A stretch of DNA of 64,000 nucleotides. Origin: Thermoplasmata archaeon. GTDB taxonomy: Archaea > Thermoplasmatota > Thermoplasmata > Thermoplasmatales > ARK-15. The notes beneath the pieces were generated by a model, which saw nothing but the letters and a program-made list of their open reading frames with translations, did no database searches and was not told the origin of the DNA. The position numbers and the translations under genes are program-made. Positions 40,398 to 50,787 of the stretch are shown in pieces. Positions within the stretch are counted from its first letter, which is position 1; every line of letters starts with the position of its first letter. The stretch covers positions 64,001 through 128,000 of the forward strand of contig JBAMMA010000001.1 in NCBI GenBank assembly GCA_039794005.1, given 5' to 3'.

Positions 40398-41016
40398 TCA
40401 TCCCCCTCCACAGAGACATGGCATATTCATATGCATGATCCAATTCTTCATTTTTTATATATTTCCAAAAATCTTCAGAATCCAACAATTTTTTAAAAAA
40501 TTCTCTTCTTTTTTCCTGATCATGGGAATCAAGTGATTTTCTAATTTTTTCCAAGACATCCAAAGATTTAGAATATTCTTCTATTTGCGTAGATAAACGA
40601 TCTCTTATAAATGAAGAAAGTGCAGGGACTCTTCCAGAAGTTGATATTGCCAATATAATTCCATTTTTTTCAATAAATGCTGGAAATATCATTCTGCTCT
40701 TTTTATCATCTACAAGATTAAATATTTTTCTTTTTTCAATGCATACTTCCATTATCATAGAATTTATTTTTTTATCGTTTGTTGCTATTATAACTAAATC
40801 AGCATTTAAAATATATTCAAGTACATCATCCTTCTTTTCAATCTTTTTTCTTACTTTTTTTACATTTAATCTTTCTATTTCTTCTATAAAGTCTTCTGAG
40901 ACTACTGTTATATCTGAACCCAAAAAATATTCCAATTTTCTATATGCTACTCTTCCACCACCAAAAATAACAACATTTATTTTTTCTAGGTCCAACAAAA
41001 TTGGAATGTATGACAT
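40384..41016 (-). CDS. Precorrin-2 dehydrogenase/sirohydrochlorin ferrochelatase (SirC/Met8 family)
   Basis: GGGRVAYRK, IATND, NLVD, AISTSG..PAL. Confidence 0.9.
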   Translation of the reverse strand: MSYIPILLDLEKINVVIFGGGRVAYRKLEYFLGSDITVVSEDFIEEIERLNVKKVRKKIEKKDDVLEYILNADLVIIATNDKKINSMIMEVCIEKRKIFNLVDDKKSRMIFPAFIEKNGIILAISTSGRVPALSSFIRDRLSTQIEEYSKSLDVLEKIRKSLDSHDQEKRREFFKKLLDSEDFWKYIKNEELDHAYEYAMSLWRGMNVFS

Positions 41017-41020
41017 TTTA

Positions 41021-41434
41021 TCATTTCCTAAGATTCTTTACTGTTTTCATAATTTCGAATTTAACATTCATTTCAGATAATTTTTCAGCAAAATTTTTCA
41101 ATTCATTTTCATCATGGAAATGACACATAGCAAAATAGTCGTAAGGAAAATTAATGTTTTTTTCCCTCACATAAAGATGTGTTATTTTTGTTGATGAAAT
41201 TATTTTATCTATTTTATTTTCATCCTCAAGTGCCATGGCTATAAGCGCACTCATATTATATCCTAATTTTTCATAGTTCAATAATGCTCTAAATTTTATT
41301 ATCTCTCCTTCATTTACTAATTTTTTAAGGATATCTATGAGTTCTTTTTTCTCAATTCCCAAGGATTTTGCAAAATCCCCGTATGGATCATCTGATATGG
41401 GTATACCTTTCTTTAATTTTGATATATCAATCAT
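41021..41434 (-). CDS. ahbB: Siroheme decarboxylase subunit (AhbB/NirH-like)
   Basis: GIPISDDPY, THLYVR..FPYDYFAMCH; lies in the ahb cluster. Confidence 0.8.
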   Translation of the reverse strand: MIDISKLKKGIPISDDPYGDFAKSLGIEKKELIDILKKLVNEGEIIKFRALLNYEKLGYNMSALIAMALEDENKIDKIISSTKITHLYVREKNINFPYDYFAMCHFHDENELKNFAEKLSEMNVKFEIMKTVKNLRK

Positions 41435-41907
41435 AGTTGCACCTCAAATTCCGTGTTTAATTTTATTGCTCTTACTGTTTTGAAAATCAAATAGTTTTTT
41501 GAATTCAATTTTTCAGCAATTTCTTTCACCTGTTTTTCAATCTCTTCATAATTTTTTGCCATAACTGTAAACCAAACATTATAATAATGTTCCCTTAAAT
41601 AGTTATGAGATACATTTTCATATGAATTTATTAGATTAGCCGCATTTTCTATTTTTTCTTTTTCTACATTCATTGCCACTAAAGCCCTTTCATATCTATC
41701 ATAATTTTTTAATGGAATTTTTGGTATAATTTTTTTAATGTATCCATTTTTATAAAGATTTATTATTTTTTCTTTTACAGTCTCTTCCTCTAAACCAAGT
41801 GCATTTGCGATTATTTTATAAGGTCTTTCATCAATTGGAAATTCTTCTTGGATTAATTTTAAAATTTTTACATCGATATCATCAATATTATCTTTTAAAA
41901 TGGACAT
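41431..41907 (-). CDS. ahbA: Siroheme decarboxylase subunit (AhbA/NirD-like)
   Basis: IQEEFPIDERPY, VSHNYLR..YNVWFT; start ATG 41907 with GGAGG SD. Confidence 0.85.
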   Translation of the reverse strand: MSILKDNIDDIDVKILKLIQEEFPIDERPYKIIANALGLEEETVKEKIINLYKNGYIKKIIPKIPLKNYDRYERALVAMNVEKEKIENAANLINSYENVSHNYLREHYYNVWFTVMAKNYEEIEKQVKEIAEKLNSKNYLIFKTVRAIKLNTEFEVQL

Positions 41908-42968
41908 GCGGGATCCTCCTGGAGGTAATCTCCATATACAGCATAAGCTCTTGCCCTCGAACCACCACAAATATCCCTAAATTCACATCTTCCACACTTT
42001 CCTTTTAACATATTGGGATTCTTAAGATCATTGAATATTTTAGAATTTTTGTAAACATTTTTTATGTTATCTTTTCTTACATTTCCCGCTATGATGGGCA
42101 AAAAACCGGTAGGCTGAATTTCACCTACGTGAGAAATGAAGATTGTACCTCTTCCATCGGTAACACCCATGTTATTAACATCCTTTGTAATGGGTAATGG
42201 CTTCTTTATCATATCTATACCAGAATGTTTTATTAGATATTCAAAAAGGTTTCCCTTATCTAATGGACCAGATATCTTTATTCTATTATAAAAAGGAGCC
42301 TCTGTAACTTTAATCCTGAAATCCGTTGAGGTTTGAACATAATAAAGCCATGACATTACTTGCATTATTTCATCAGAATTTAATGTTAATTCAGAAGTTG
42401 CCCTTCCAGTGGGGACTATAAAAAATAGGTCCCAGGATTTGACATTAAGATTTTTTACAAGTTTAAAAATTTCGGGCAAATCATAAATATTATGTTTTCC
42501 AACGGTGGTATTTACCTGCAAATTTACCTTTCCATCAAGATATTCTAATATTTCCATAGACTTCTTGAAAGTACCATCAACATTTCTAAATGTGTCGTGA
42601 ATTTCGGCATTACTTCCATCTATACTTATTGCCACATTCTTAACTTTTTCTGATATTCTATCCAACTTTTCTTTTGTTGCAAGCACTGTACCGCTAAACG
42701 AAATGGATATGTTAAATTTGTATTTATTGAAGATATCAAGGATATCAAATATATCTTCCCTCATCAATGGATCCCCACCGGTAATTATTAACATAGGCTT
42801 AGGATTGTTGAATTCATTAAGATCCATTGCCAATTTTTCAATTTCATCTAGATTTAATTCCAGTGGATTCCTTTTTTTCTGAGCATTAGCTCTGCAATGC
42901 CTGCATGATAGCATGCAGGCCCTTGTTACCTCGTAAAATACTATTATTGGATTTTCTGCAAAGTTCAT
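41895..42968 (-). CDS. ahbD: Radical SAM/SPASM protein, AhbD-like heme b synthase
   Basis: ACMLSCRHCRA, TGGDP, VPTGR, KGKCGRCEF..CGGSRARAYA..DPAC. Confidence 0.82.
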   Translation of the reverse strand: MNFAENPIIVFYEVTRACMLSCRHCRANAQKKRNPLELNLDEIEKLAMDLNEFNNPKPMLIITGGDPLMREDIFDILDIFNKYKFNISISFSGTVLATKEKLDRISEKVKNVAISIDGSNAEIHDTFRNVDGTFKKSMEILEYLDGKVNLQVNTTVGKHNIYDLPEIFKLVKNLNVKSWDLFFIVPTGRATSELTLNSDEIMQVMSWLYYVQTSTDFRIKVTEAPFYNRIKISGPLDKGNLFEYLIKHSGIDMIKKPLPITKDVNNMGVTDGRGTIFISHVGEIQPTGFLPIIAGNVRKDNIKNVYKNSKIFNDLKNPNMLKGKCGRCEFRDICGGSRARAYAVYGDYLQEDPACPF

Positions 42969-44158
42969 TTAAAATCCTCCGGAATTTCAGTTTTTATTTC
43001 TTCTTCAGTTAGGTAACAATCAGGATCTTCAGACCATAAATTTCCATTGTATTTAAGTGCTCTTACCCTGAATCCTCCGCAGATGTCTTTGAAATTGCAT
43101 CTTCCACATTTTCCCGTTAGTAATTCCATTTTTCTATGTCTTAAATCGTATATTATTCCAGTTTCATTTCTCCATATTTCAGAAAACTTTTTCTCTTTTA
43201 CATTACCTTGTGAATAATCCCACCAAAATTGATTTGGGTGTACATTTCCCCATGGATCGATATTTCCGGCCTTTATCCCGGAATTATCACCTCCCCTCCT
43301 TTTAAGAAGTTTATATACCTCTTTTGCTCTAGGATCGTTTTCTTTTAACAATTTCAGGAAGAGATAAATACCATCTACTGGATTATCTACAGTTAAAATC
43401 TCCATTTCTATTTTATTATCATGTATTTCATATGTTTTTTCTATCAGAAAATCTATTATTTTCCTTCTTTCTTCATTGTTTATATCTTGATTTATTGATC
43501 CCCTTCCAGAAGGTACTAAATGATAAACGCAAAATCTATCTATGTTTAATTCCTTAGAAAGCTCAAATACTTTGCTCAAATCATCTTTATTATATTTTGT
43601 AATCGTAAATCTAATTCCATTCATCATTCCTGCATTTTTAACATATTTTAAACCGGATAAAGCTTTTTCAAATGCACCATTTACACCTCTAAAATAATCA
43701 TTTTTCTTTCCATATCCATCAAGGCTAATTCCAACATATTTTACACCTGCTTCCGATAATTTAAAGGCAACAGATTCATTTATCGTTGTTCCATTGGATG
43801 AAAGGGTAACTCTAATTCCTTTTTCATTCATGTAGGAAGAGATTGTGTAAATGTCAGGATGGAGCGTAGGTTCTCCACCCGAAAGAATTACAACCGGCAA
43901 TTTCATTTCTGCGAGATCATCTGTTATTTCAATAATCTTATCGGTTGATAGTTCATTTGGTGTTTTTATTTCCGTGGCATTGGCATAACAATGAACGCAT
44001 TTTAAATTACATTGTAGTGTAAGGTTCCAAAAAAGAACCGCAAGATCTATTTTTGTATATCTTAAAAGTTCAGGATTTGTTTCATATTTAAATCTATTTT
44101 CATCAACAGCTTTACTTACTGTTCCAGATTTGAACAATAATTGATTAAATGCAATCAT
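42965..44158 (-). CDS. ahbC: Radical SAM/SPASM protein, AhbC-like Fe-coproporphyrin synthase
   Basis: WNLT..CNLKCVHCY, SGGEP, YVGISLDG, YHLVPSGRG, LTVDN..DG, VHPNQFW. Confidence 0.85.
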   Translation of the reverse strand: MIAFNQLLFKSGTVSKAVDENRFKYETNPELLRYTKIDLAVLFWNLTLQCNLKCVHCYANATEIKTPNELSTDKIIEITDDLAEMKLPVVILSGGEPTLHPDIYTISSYMNEKGIRVTLSSNGTTINESVAFKLSEAGVKYVGISLDGYGKKNDYFRGVNGAFEKALSGLKYVKNAGMMNGIRFTITKYNKDDLSKVFELSKELNIDRFCVYHLVPSGRGSINQDINNEERRKIIDFLIEKTYEIHDNKIEMEILTVDNPVDGIYLFLKLLKENDPRAKEVYKLLKRRGGDNSGIKAGNIDPWGNVHPNQFWWDYSQGNVKEKKFSEIWRNETGIIYDLRHRKMELLTGKCGRCNFKDICGGFRVRALKYNGNLWSEDPDCYLTEEEIKTEIPEDFK

Positions 44159-44267
44159 AACAAATACTTGTTATTATTAGAGGTATTTTAAATTTAGTAA
44201 TAAAATTTTATTAATTATAATTAAAAAGATGAAAAAATAAATATGTTTGAAATTTATAAATTTCATA

Positions 44268-45515
44268 ATGAAATCTGAAAAATTTTTTGAAGAAGCGAAA
44301 AAAATCTTTCCAGGTGGTGTAAATTCACCTGTAAGGTATTATGATCCATACCCAATTTTTATAAAAAGTGGCAAAGGATCAAAAATATACGATGTCGATA
44401 ATAGGGAATATGTCGATTTCTGTTTAGCCTACGGGCCACTGATTCTTGGCCATTTAAATGATCAGGTGAAAAAAGCCGTTCAGAGGAAAATGGAAAATGG
44501 ATGGTTATTTGGAGCGCCAACTGAGGAGGAAATTTTACTTGGAAAATTAATCAATGAAGCTGTTCCCTATATAGAAATGATGAGATTTGTAAATTCTGGT
44601 ACTGAAGGAACTATGCACACTATCAGGTTAGTCAGGGCATTTACTAATAAAAAAAGGATAGTAAAAATTATCGGGGGATATCACGGAGCTCACGATTCTG
44701 TATTAGTTTCACCAGGAAGTGGCGCTATTGGAAAACCTTCATCGGCAGGAATTCCAGAAGAAGTTACATCAAACACTTTTGTTGTTGAATATAATGATAT
44801 TGAAACACTTGAGAATATATTTAGGAATTATAAAAATGAGATTGCTGGATTGATAATCGAACCCGTGTTAGGAAATGCAGGTGTGATTTTACCCGATAAA
44901 GAATACTTAAAAAATGTACGTGAAATTACTTCTGAAAATGATGCCCTGTTAATATTTGACGAGGTTATCACAGGATTTAGGTTTCACTATGGAACAGCAG
45001 GTCAATATTTTTCTGTAATACCAGATCTTACTATCTTGGGGAAAATCGTTGGTGGTGGATTTCCTCTTGCTATATTCGGAGGCAGAAAAGACATCATGGA
45101 AAAAATTTCGCCTCAAGGAAACGTATATCAGGCAGGTACATTTTCAGGAAATCCCATTTCTGTAACTGCAGGAATAACTACATTAAAAATATTGAAAAAT
45201 AAGGATTATCATGAACTGGAGAATAAGGTTAAAATCATTGAGAAATTTGTAAACGATTTGAAGGAAGACAAAGGGAGGGAAATACAGTTTAATTCTATGG
45301 TTAGCATGTTTCAGATATTTTTTAATAAAAATCCAGTAAAAAGATATTCGGATGCAATTAATTCAGATTCCGTTAAATATAAAGAATTTTTTAATAAAAT
45401 GTTAAAAAATGGTTTTTATTTACCTCCAAGTCAGTTTGAATCTCTATTTTTAAGTTTTGCACATACCAAAAAAGAAATATATAATTTTGGAAAGATAATC
45501 TATGATGAATTATAA
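44268..45515 (+). CDS. hemL: Glutamate-1-semialdehyde 2,1-aminomutase
   Basis: PGGVNSPVR, NSGTE, YHG, FDEVITGFR, GKIVGGG, QAGTFSGNP, PSQFE. Confidence 0.96.
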   Translation: MKSEKFFEEAKKIFPGGVNSPVRYYDPYPIFIKSGKGSKIYDVDNREYVDFCLAYGPLILGHLNDQVKKAVQRKMENGWLFGAPTEEEILLGKLINEAVPYIEMMRFVNSGTEGTMHTIRLVRAFTNKKRIVKIIGGYHGAHDSVLVSPGSGAIGKPSSAGIPEEVTSNTFVVEYNDIETLENIFRNYKNEIAGLIIEPVLGNAGVILPDKEYLKNVREITSENDALLIFDEVITGFRFHYGTAGQYFSVIPDLTILGKIVGGGFPLAIFGGRKDIMEKISPQGNVYQAGTFSGNPISVTAGITTLKILKNKDYHELENKVKIIEKFVNDLKEDKGREIQFNSMVSMFQIFFNKNPVKRYSDAINSDSVKYKEFFNKMLKNGFYLPPSQFESLFLSFAHTKKEIYNFGKIIYDEL

Positions 45516-46365
45516 GATAAGGATTGGAACACGTGGAAGCAATCTAGCACTAATTCAGGCATTAGAAGTTTCTGAAATGTTAAAGAATATAGGATTTGAT
45601 ACTGAGATAATAAAGATCAAGACAGAAGGGGATATAGATCAAAGGCCCCTTTACATGACAAGAGAGTTTGGAATTTTTACAAAAAAGATTAATGAAGAAC
45701 TTTTGAATGAAAATATTGACATTGCTGTTCACAGCATGAAGGACTTACCTGTAAAAATTGAAGAAGGATTGAAAATTGTTTCAGTTCTAAAGAGAGAACG
45801 TTACGAAGATTTTTTCTTATCGAATAAAAACATTTTTGAAATTGAAGAGGGGAAAAAGATTGGAACTTCAAGCCTAAGAAGGAAATCATTCTTGAAAATA
45901 ATCAGACCCGATATAGAGATTGTTGATGTAAGAGGAAATATTGATACAAGGATAAAAAAATATGAAAATAAAGAGGTAGATGGTTTAATTCTTGCATATG
46001 CAGGAATTAAAAGGCTTAATCTTAACCCCATAGGTCATATATTAGACCCGGATTTATTTGTACCTCAGGCAAATCAAGGTATAATTGCCATACTTTCAAG
46101 AAACGATTTTCATTTGAATGAAAAGATATCTTTAATCAATCATAAAGAAACATTTTTAATTGGTATGGTTGAAAAAGAATTTTTAAGAGAGTTAGATGCA
46201 GGTTGTCATTCCCCGGTAGGTGTTCTTGCGAGGTTAATTGATGGTAAAATTTTAATTCATGTAGCATACATAGATGATAAGAGATATGATTACTGGTCTA
46301 AATTTGAAATCAAATATCTTGATGAAGAGTTGAAAAGATTTCGAAGGTGGTATGATGCCAGGTAA
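45502..46365 (+). CDS. hemC: Hydroxymethylbilane synthase
   Basis: GTRGSNLA, AVHSMKDLP, GTSSLRR, RGNIDTR, GCHSP. Confidence 0.95.
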   Translation: MMNYKIRIGTRGSNLALIQALEVSEMLKNIGFDTEIIKIKTEGDIDQRPLYMTREFGIFTKKINEELLNENIDIAVHSMKDLPVKIEEGLKIVSVLKRERYEDFFLSNKNIFEIEEGKKIGTSSLRRKSFLKIIRPDIEIVDVRGNIDTRIKKYENKEVDGLILAYAGIKRLNLNPIGHILDPDLFVPQANQGIIAILSRNDFHLNEKISLINHKETFLIGMVEKEFLRELDAGCHSPVGVLARLIDGKILIHVAYIDDKRYDYWSKFEIKYLDEELKRFRRWYDAR

Positions 46366-47074
46366 GGTATATTTAATAGGTGCAGGTCCAGGAGATCCCG
46401 ATCTTTTGACATTGAAAGCCTATAAAATAATAAAGAGGAGTGATGTTGTTCTATATGACCGTCTTATAAATAAATCGATATTAAAAAAAATTCCCAGGGG
46501 GATAAAAAAAATATTAGTTGGCAAAAGTCCCGGTGATGATCCAGATGTTTTACAGAATAAAATTAACGAATTGATTGAAAAATATTACAATGAAGGTAAA
46601 ATAGTTGTAAGATTAAAATCTGGAGATCCATTTTTATTTGGGAGGGGTGGTGAAGAACTAGAATTCATGAAACAAAGGAAAATTGATTTTGAAGTTATAC
46701 CAGGTATAACCTCTGCAATAGGAGTTCCAACATATATAAAACTTCCTTTGACTCATAGAAATTATTCTTCTTCTGTGATGATTATTTCAGGACATCTCAA
46801 AAGAAACAAAGCTATAAACTGGGAAATAGTTTCAAGATTTGATGGAACTATTGTTATTTTAATGGGAATAAGCAATATGCAAGAAATAATGAATAATTTG
46901 ATCGTTTATGGTAAAGATGAAAATACGCCTGTTTGTGTAATTCAATATGGAACAACAAAAAAACAAAAGATTGTTAAGGGTAATTTAACAAATATTGTTG
47001 AAATCGCGAAAAAAAACAGAATAAAGGCGCCTGGAATTATTGTTATTGGTAAGGTGGTTGATTTGCTTGATTAG
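46352..47074 (+). CDS. cobA: Uroporphyrinogen-III C-methyltransferase (SUMT)
   Basis: GAGPGDPDLLT, YDRL, RLKSGDPFLFGRGGEE, PGITSA, PLTHR. Confidence 0.95.
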   Translation: MMPGKVYLIGAGPGDPDLLTLKAYKIIKRSDVVLYDRLINKSILKKIPRGIKKILVGKSPGDDPDVLQNKINELIEKYYNEGKIVVRLKSGDPFLFGRGGEELEFMKQRKIDFEVIPGITSAIGVPTYIKLPLTHRNYSSSVMIISGHLKRNKAINWEIVSRFDGTIVILMGISNMQEIMNNLIVYGKDENTPVCVIQYGTTKKQKIVKGNLTNIVEIAKKNRIKAPGIIVIGKVVDLLD

Positions 47075-47789
47075 AATAATTACATTTAGGCCAGAGGAAA
47101 AATTTGAGAATATTAATATTGAAGATGTTGAAATTACCAATATTTCAATTACAAAGATTGTAAAATTAAAATTTGATTTAAATTCAATAATAAATAAAAA
47201 TTTTGATTACATTATTTTTACAAGTACTCTTGGTGCAAAATTTTTCATGGAAGAAATTAAAAAACATAACCATGAAGAAATTCTAAAAAATAAAAATATC
47301 ATAGCGATAGGTAAAAAGACCGCTGAATATTTAAACAATGACGTTATTATTCCAGAAAATCAATCATCAAAAGGTATTATTAAATTAATTGAGAAAAATT
47401 CTGAAATTTTATTGATAAGGAGTAAAAATGGAAATCCTTATTTAGTAAAAAGGTTGCGGGAAATTGGTAATTTACAGATTATAAATGCTTACAAAAGTGT
47501 TATTATCAATGATAAAGATTATAAATATATATACACAAAGATGAAAAATAATTATTTTAATGCAGTTATATTTACATCCTCTTTTATTTTTAGGTCATAC
47601 TTAAAAGTTTTCTCCAGATATGGTAATCCTCTAGAAATCCTACCACCTTTGATAATAGCAATAGGTGAGAGGACAGCCAATACCATTAAAAGGTTTGGGA
47701 TTAAACCAATAATTATGGAAGAACCAGACATGAAATTAAGTGTGATAAAAGTAATCCAATATTACAAATCAGATACTTTATTTTATTAG
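47040..47789 (+). CDS. hemD: Uroporphyrinogen-III synthase
   Basis: TFRP, IIFTS, AIGKKTA, FTSS, AIGERTA; true start probably TTG near 47067. Confidence 0.85.
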   Translation: MLLVRWLICLIRIITFRPEEKFENINIEDVEITNISITKIVKLKFDLNSIINKNFDYIIFTSTLGAKFFMEEIKKHNHEEILKNKNIIAIGKKTAEYLNNDVIIPENQSSKGIIKLIEKNSEILLIRSKNGNPYLVKRLREIGNLQIINAYKSVIINDKDYKYIYTKMKNNYFNAVIFTSSFIFRSYLKVFSRYGNPLEILPPLIIAIGERTANTIKRFGIKPIIMEEPDMKLSVIKVIQYYKSDTLFY

Positions 47790-47874
47790 CAGGTTAAAGA
47801 ATATTGATACAATGAAAGATTTTTTAAAAATATAAATATTATAAATTATAATGTATAAATTATATTTTTCTATA

Positions 47875-48561
47875 TCAATTTATTCTATCCTTTAAAAAAC
47901 GCTGTATTGTTTTTGAAATCAATATTACAAAGGAGATTATAACAATAAATACAATTAAATCATCAAAGATGTTGAAATTTCCTTTAAATAGATTAGTCAT
48001 CGATAAAATTATTGATTTATTCGAAAAATTTCCATCAGAATATTTTGTAATATTTTCGTTTAATAATAATCCATTGGATAAGGAAAAATTTGCATAATAT
48101 TTTACATAATATTTCATTGAATTTTGAATTGAAAGAATAAACAATAAACTATTCTGTTTTCCTATATATGTGTTTGTTTTCACGATCTTCCATTTGTATG
48201 CTGGACTATATATAGAATATATACCTTTTATAACATCTGGAGAATTGTTTTTAATTTCATCAATTAATGTTGAATTTATTTCGGGAAATGGACCGTTTAC
48301 GTTCAAATTCAAAATATTTATTATAGAAAATGATGCGTTATAACTAATGTTATCATAATAAATATTGACAGAACCGTTAGGATAATCTAATTCAACTGAC
48401 ATTGTGTAATTATATTCGTTCAAAAAAATGATGTTATATTTTTCAGCATAAGAATAATGGTTGTTTATCAATACGATATAATTGGCACTAGAATATCCTG
48501 GATTAAAAAATAATGAATTTATTATAATTATCAGAGAAATAACAATAAATGTTTTAAACAT
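47875..48561 (-). CDS. Hypothetical secreted, membrane-anchored protein
   Basis: N-terminal signal-like hydrophobic stretch, Asn/Tyr-rich body with many N-x-S/T sequons, C-terminal TM helix. Confidence 0.7.
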   Translation of the reverse strand: MFKTFIVISLIIIINSLFFNPGYSSANYIVLINNHYSYAEKYNIIFLNEYNYTMSVELDYPNGSVNIYYDNISYNASFSIINILNLNVNGPFPEINSTLIDEIKNNSPDVIKGIYSIYSPAYKWKIVKTNTYIGKQNSLLFILSIQNSMKYYVKYYANFSLSNGLLLNENITKYSDGNFSNKSIILSMTNLFKGNFNIFDDLIVFIVIISFVILISKTIQRFLKDRIN

Positions 48562-48603
48562 AGAATATATTATAAATAACTTAGATAAAAAGGTGATTAT
48601 TGA

Positions 48604-48927
48604 ATGGTATATAATTTGTCAAAGGATATAAATTTAGATGATGATCTTATTTATAGAGTATTGAACCATTTCAAAAAGTACGGTGTAGATTATGCAAAAT
48701 CTGTCGGTAGAGACATTGAAATGAACAAAAGGGATGTTTGTAAAATATTAAAAAAATTATATGAAATGGGTTATTTGGAAAAAAGGCCCTCAGGGATGTT
48801 AAAAAGAACTGAGGCAAAATTAAAGAAAAGGGTTACAACTCATCCACACCATACATATTATTATTTATCAGAAAAGGGTTATGAATTTATAAAAAATTAT
48901 GAAAGTAATAAAAACAATAAAAATTGA
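48604..48927 (+). CDS. DUF2250-like winged-helix protein
   Basis: HFKKYGVDYAKS, L.EMGYLE, EAKLK..HHTYY.LS.KG. Confidence 0.75.
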   Translation: MVYNLSKDINLDDDLIYRVLNHFKKYGVDYAKSVGRDIEMNKRDVCKILKKLYEMGYLEKRPSGMLKRTEAKLKKRVTTHPHHTYYYLSEKGYEFIKNYESNKNNKN

Positions 48928-48968
48928 AAGAGTAAGCTTAAATATCCAATTTTTCTTTTAAATATAGT

Positions 48969-50459
48969 ATGAGATTAATACCTGAAGAAATTGATAAATT
49001 TTTAAACTCTGAACATGGTGTATCATTGTTGATTAAAGGGTCCCCAGGTAGCGGGAAAACAACATTTTCACTACAAATTTTAGATAGAATGAAAAGCTAT
49101 AAAAATGCAATATATGTATCCACTAGAATAGGAGATATAAGTTTATATAACCAATTTCCATGGTTAAAAGATGTAGAAAAAAACATTAAATTGATCATAT
49201 TTTCAAAAACATTTGTTGAAAAAATTAATAAAAATGTTCAGGAAAATGAAATTAAGTACATTGCCAAAGAGATGCTAACTGAAATGAGGAATAATGAAAA
49301 GCATGTATCCAGATTTATGTATAACAGATTATTCAAGGACAACTTTATTCCGGAAATAGAAAGAATTTATGATGAAGTAGAATCTAATTTACCCAAACAA
49401 TCCATCATTGTAATAGATTCCATAGAGGGTATTACAATACCAAATGGAATAGATACAGGTAATTTCATGTACATGATTCAAAAAGATATTATTGAAAGTG
49501 CAGGTTCTACTGTAATATTTGTATCAGAAAAAAATAGTATAGAACCAGAAGATTATATTGCTGATGGTGTAATTTACATGGATTATGAATATTTTGAAAA
49601 TTATGATAATATGTTAAGATATATAAATATAAAAAAATTGAGAGGATATAAAATAAAAGAAAATCGATATATTTTTACTCTTGAAAATGGTAAAGTTGGA
49701 ATATTCAATTATCCAGAATTGAGAAAATCTAAATCTGGAAAGTTTAATGCTATAAAAAATGGTGTAAAATATAGCACTGGAATAAAAGATTTGGATAATT
49801 TACTTAATGGAGGAATTAAACCAGGTAATATATTAACCATGAATGTTTCCAATAATACGACATTTTCAAATTTTTGGCTAATCAATAAACCTTTACTATT
49901 AAACGCATTATATAACAATTTTTGTATTGTTTTTCTTGCTGTTTCATCAAATACATTTTCCAATCCAATTGAAAGCTTTTGTCAGGATGTAGGTTATGAT
50001 ATTTGTGATTCTAAAGTGAGATTTGTTAATTATTTCCCATACTCATATCTAAAAAAGGGGTTAATAGAAGATATTTTAGTGGACAGGGATTCAATAGCAC
50101 TGAATGACTTTAAGGTCTTAAGTGAAATAAATAAGATTTCTGAAAATAAATATCCAATATTGTTTTATTTAGATTATCCATCTCTTGAAAACATAAAAGG
50201 GTATATGGATGCCAAAAAGGAATTAAATTATATAATAAATTACATAAGAGGGAATAATAAACATATAGGTGTAATATATAAGAATGAAAATGTAGATGTT
50301 GAAAATGAGATTAAATCTTTATCCAACTATTACATTAACATAGTAACTATAAAAGGCAATACATTCATATATGGAGTCAAACCGGAATTTCACTTGCATG
50401 GAGTTATGCCAGATGAAAATCTGGGAGAGCCCAATGTTAAATTAATACAAGTATTGTGA
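48969..50459 (+). CDS. GvpD-like/KaiC-superfamily double-domain RecA-type ATPase
   Basis: IPEEI..F, LLIKGSPGSGKTT, VIDS, DYIADGV, IKKLRG; second domain starts STGIKDLDNLLNGG but lacks a Walker A. Confidence 0.8.
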   Translation: MRLIPEEIDKFLNSEHGVSLLIKGSPGSGKTTFSLQILDRMKSYKNAIYVSTRIGDISLYNQFPWLKDVEKNIKLIIFSKTFVEKINKNVQENEIKYIAKEMLTEMRNNEKHVSRFMYNRLFKDNFIPEIERIYDEVESNLPKQSIIVIDSIEGITIPNGIDTGNFMYMIQKDIIESAGSTVIFVSEKNSIEPEDYIADGVIYMDYEYFENYDNMLRYINIKKLRGYKIKENRYIFTLENGKVGIFNYPELRKSKSGKFNAIKNGVKYSTGIKDLDNLLNGGIKPGNILTMNVSNNTTFSNFWLINKPLLLNALYNNFCIVFLAVSSNTFSNPIESFCQDVGYDICDSKVRFVNYFPYSYLKKGLIEDILVDRDSIALNDFKVLSEINKISENKYPILFYLDYPSLENIKGYMDAKKELNYIINYIRGNNKHIGVIYKNENVDVENEIKSLSNYYINIVTIKGNTFIYGVKPEFHLHGVMPDENLGEPNVKLIQVL

Positions 50460-50460
50460 G

Positions 50461-50787
50461 GTGAAAAATATGGATACAGGTATATTGGAAAATCTGGGTT
50501 TAGAGGCCTTAGCAATTGTAAGAAGGGATGGTATGTTTGTTGATGGAGTAATTCCAAACTATGTTGATAAAGAGACATTTTCTATCATGTCTGCCACAAT
50601 TTTCATGAGCACAATAAGCACATATACTGAGTTCAAATTATCACAACCTGAAAAAATTCTCGTGTACAATCAAGGACTGAACATGTTATTGTATCCAAAA
50701 AATGAAAGAGAAATCGTAGTATCACTTTTCCCCAATGATAAAAATCCAGATGAAATATATCAGAAATTAATATCGTTAATCAAATAA
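50461..50787 (+). CDS. Roadblock/LC7 domain protein
   Basis: AIVRRDG..V, ETFSIMSATI; size and pattern fit roadblock; directly follows the ATPase gene. Confidence 0.75.
   Translation: MKNMDTGILENLGLEALAIVRRDGMFVDGVIPNYVDKETFSIMSATIFMSTISTYTEFKLSQPEKILVYNQGLNMLLYPKNEREIVVSLFPNDKNPDEIYQKLISLIK

Noticed and set aside
48969-50459. Gas vesicle gene cluster
   Set aside because: Only a GvpD-like ATPase is present; there is no gvpA or other structural gvp gene in the window.
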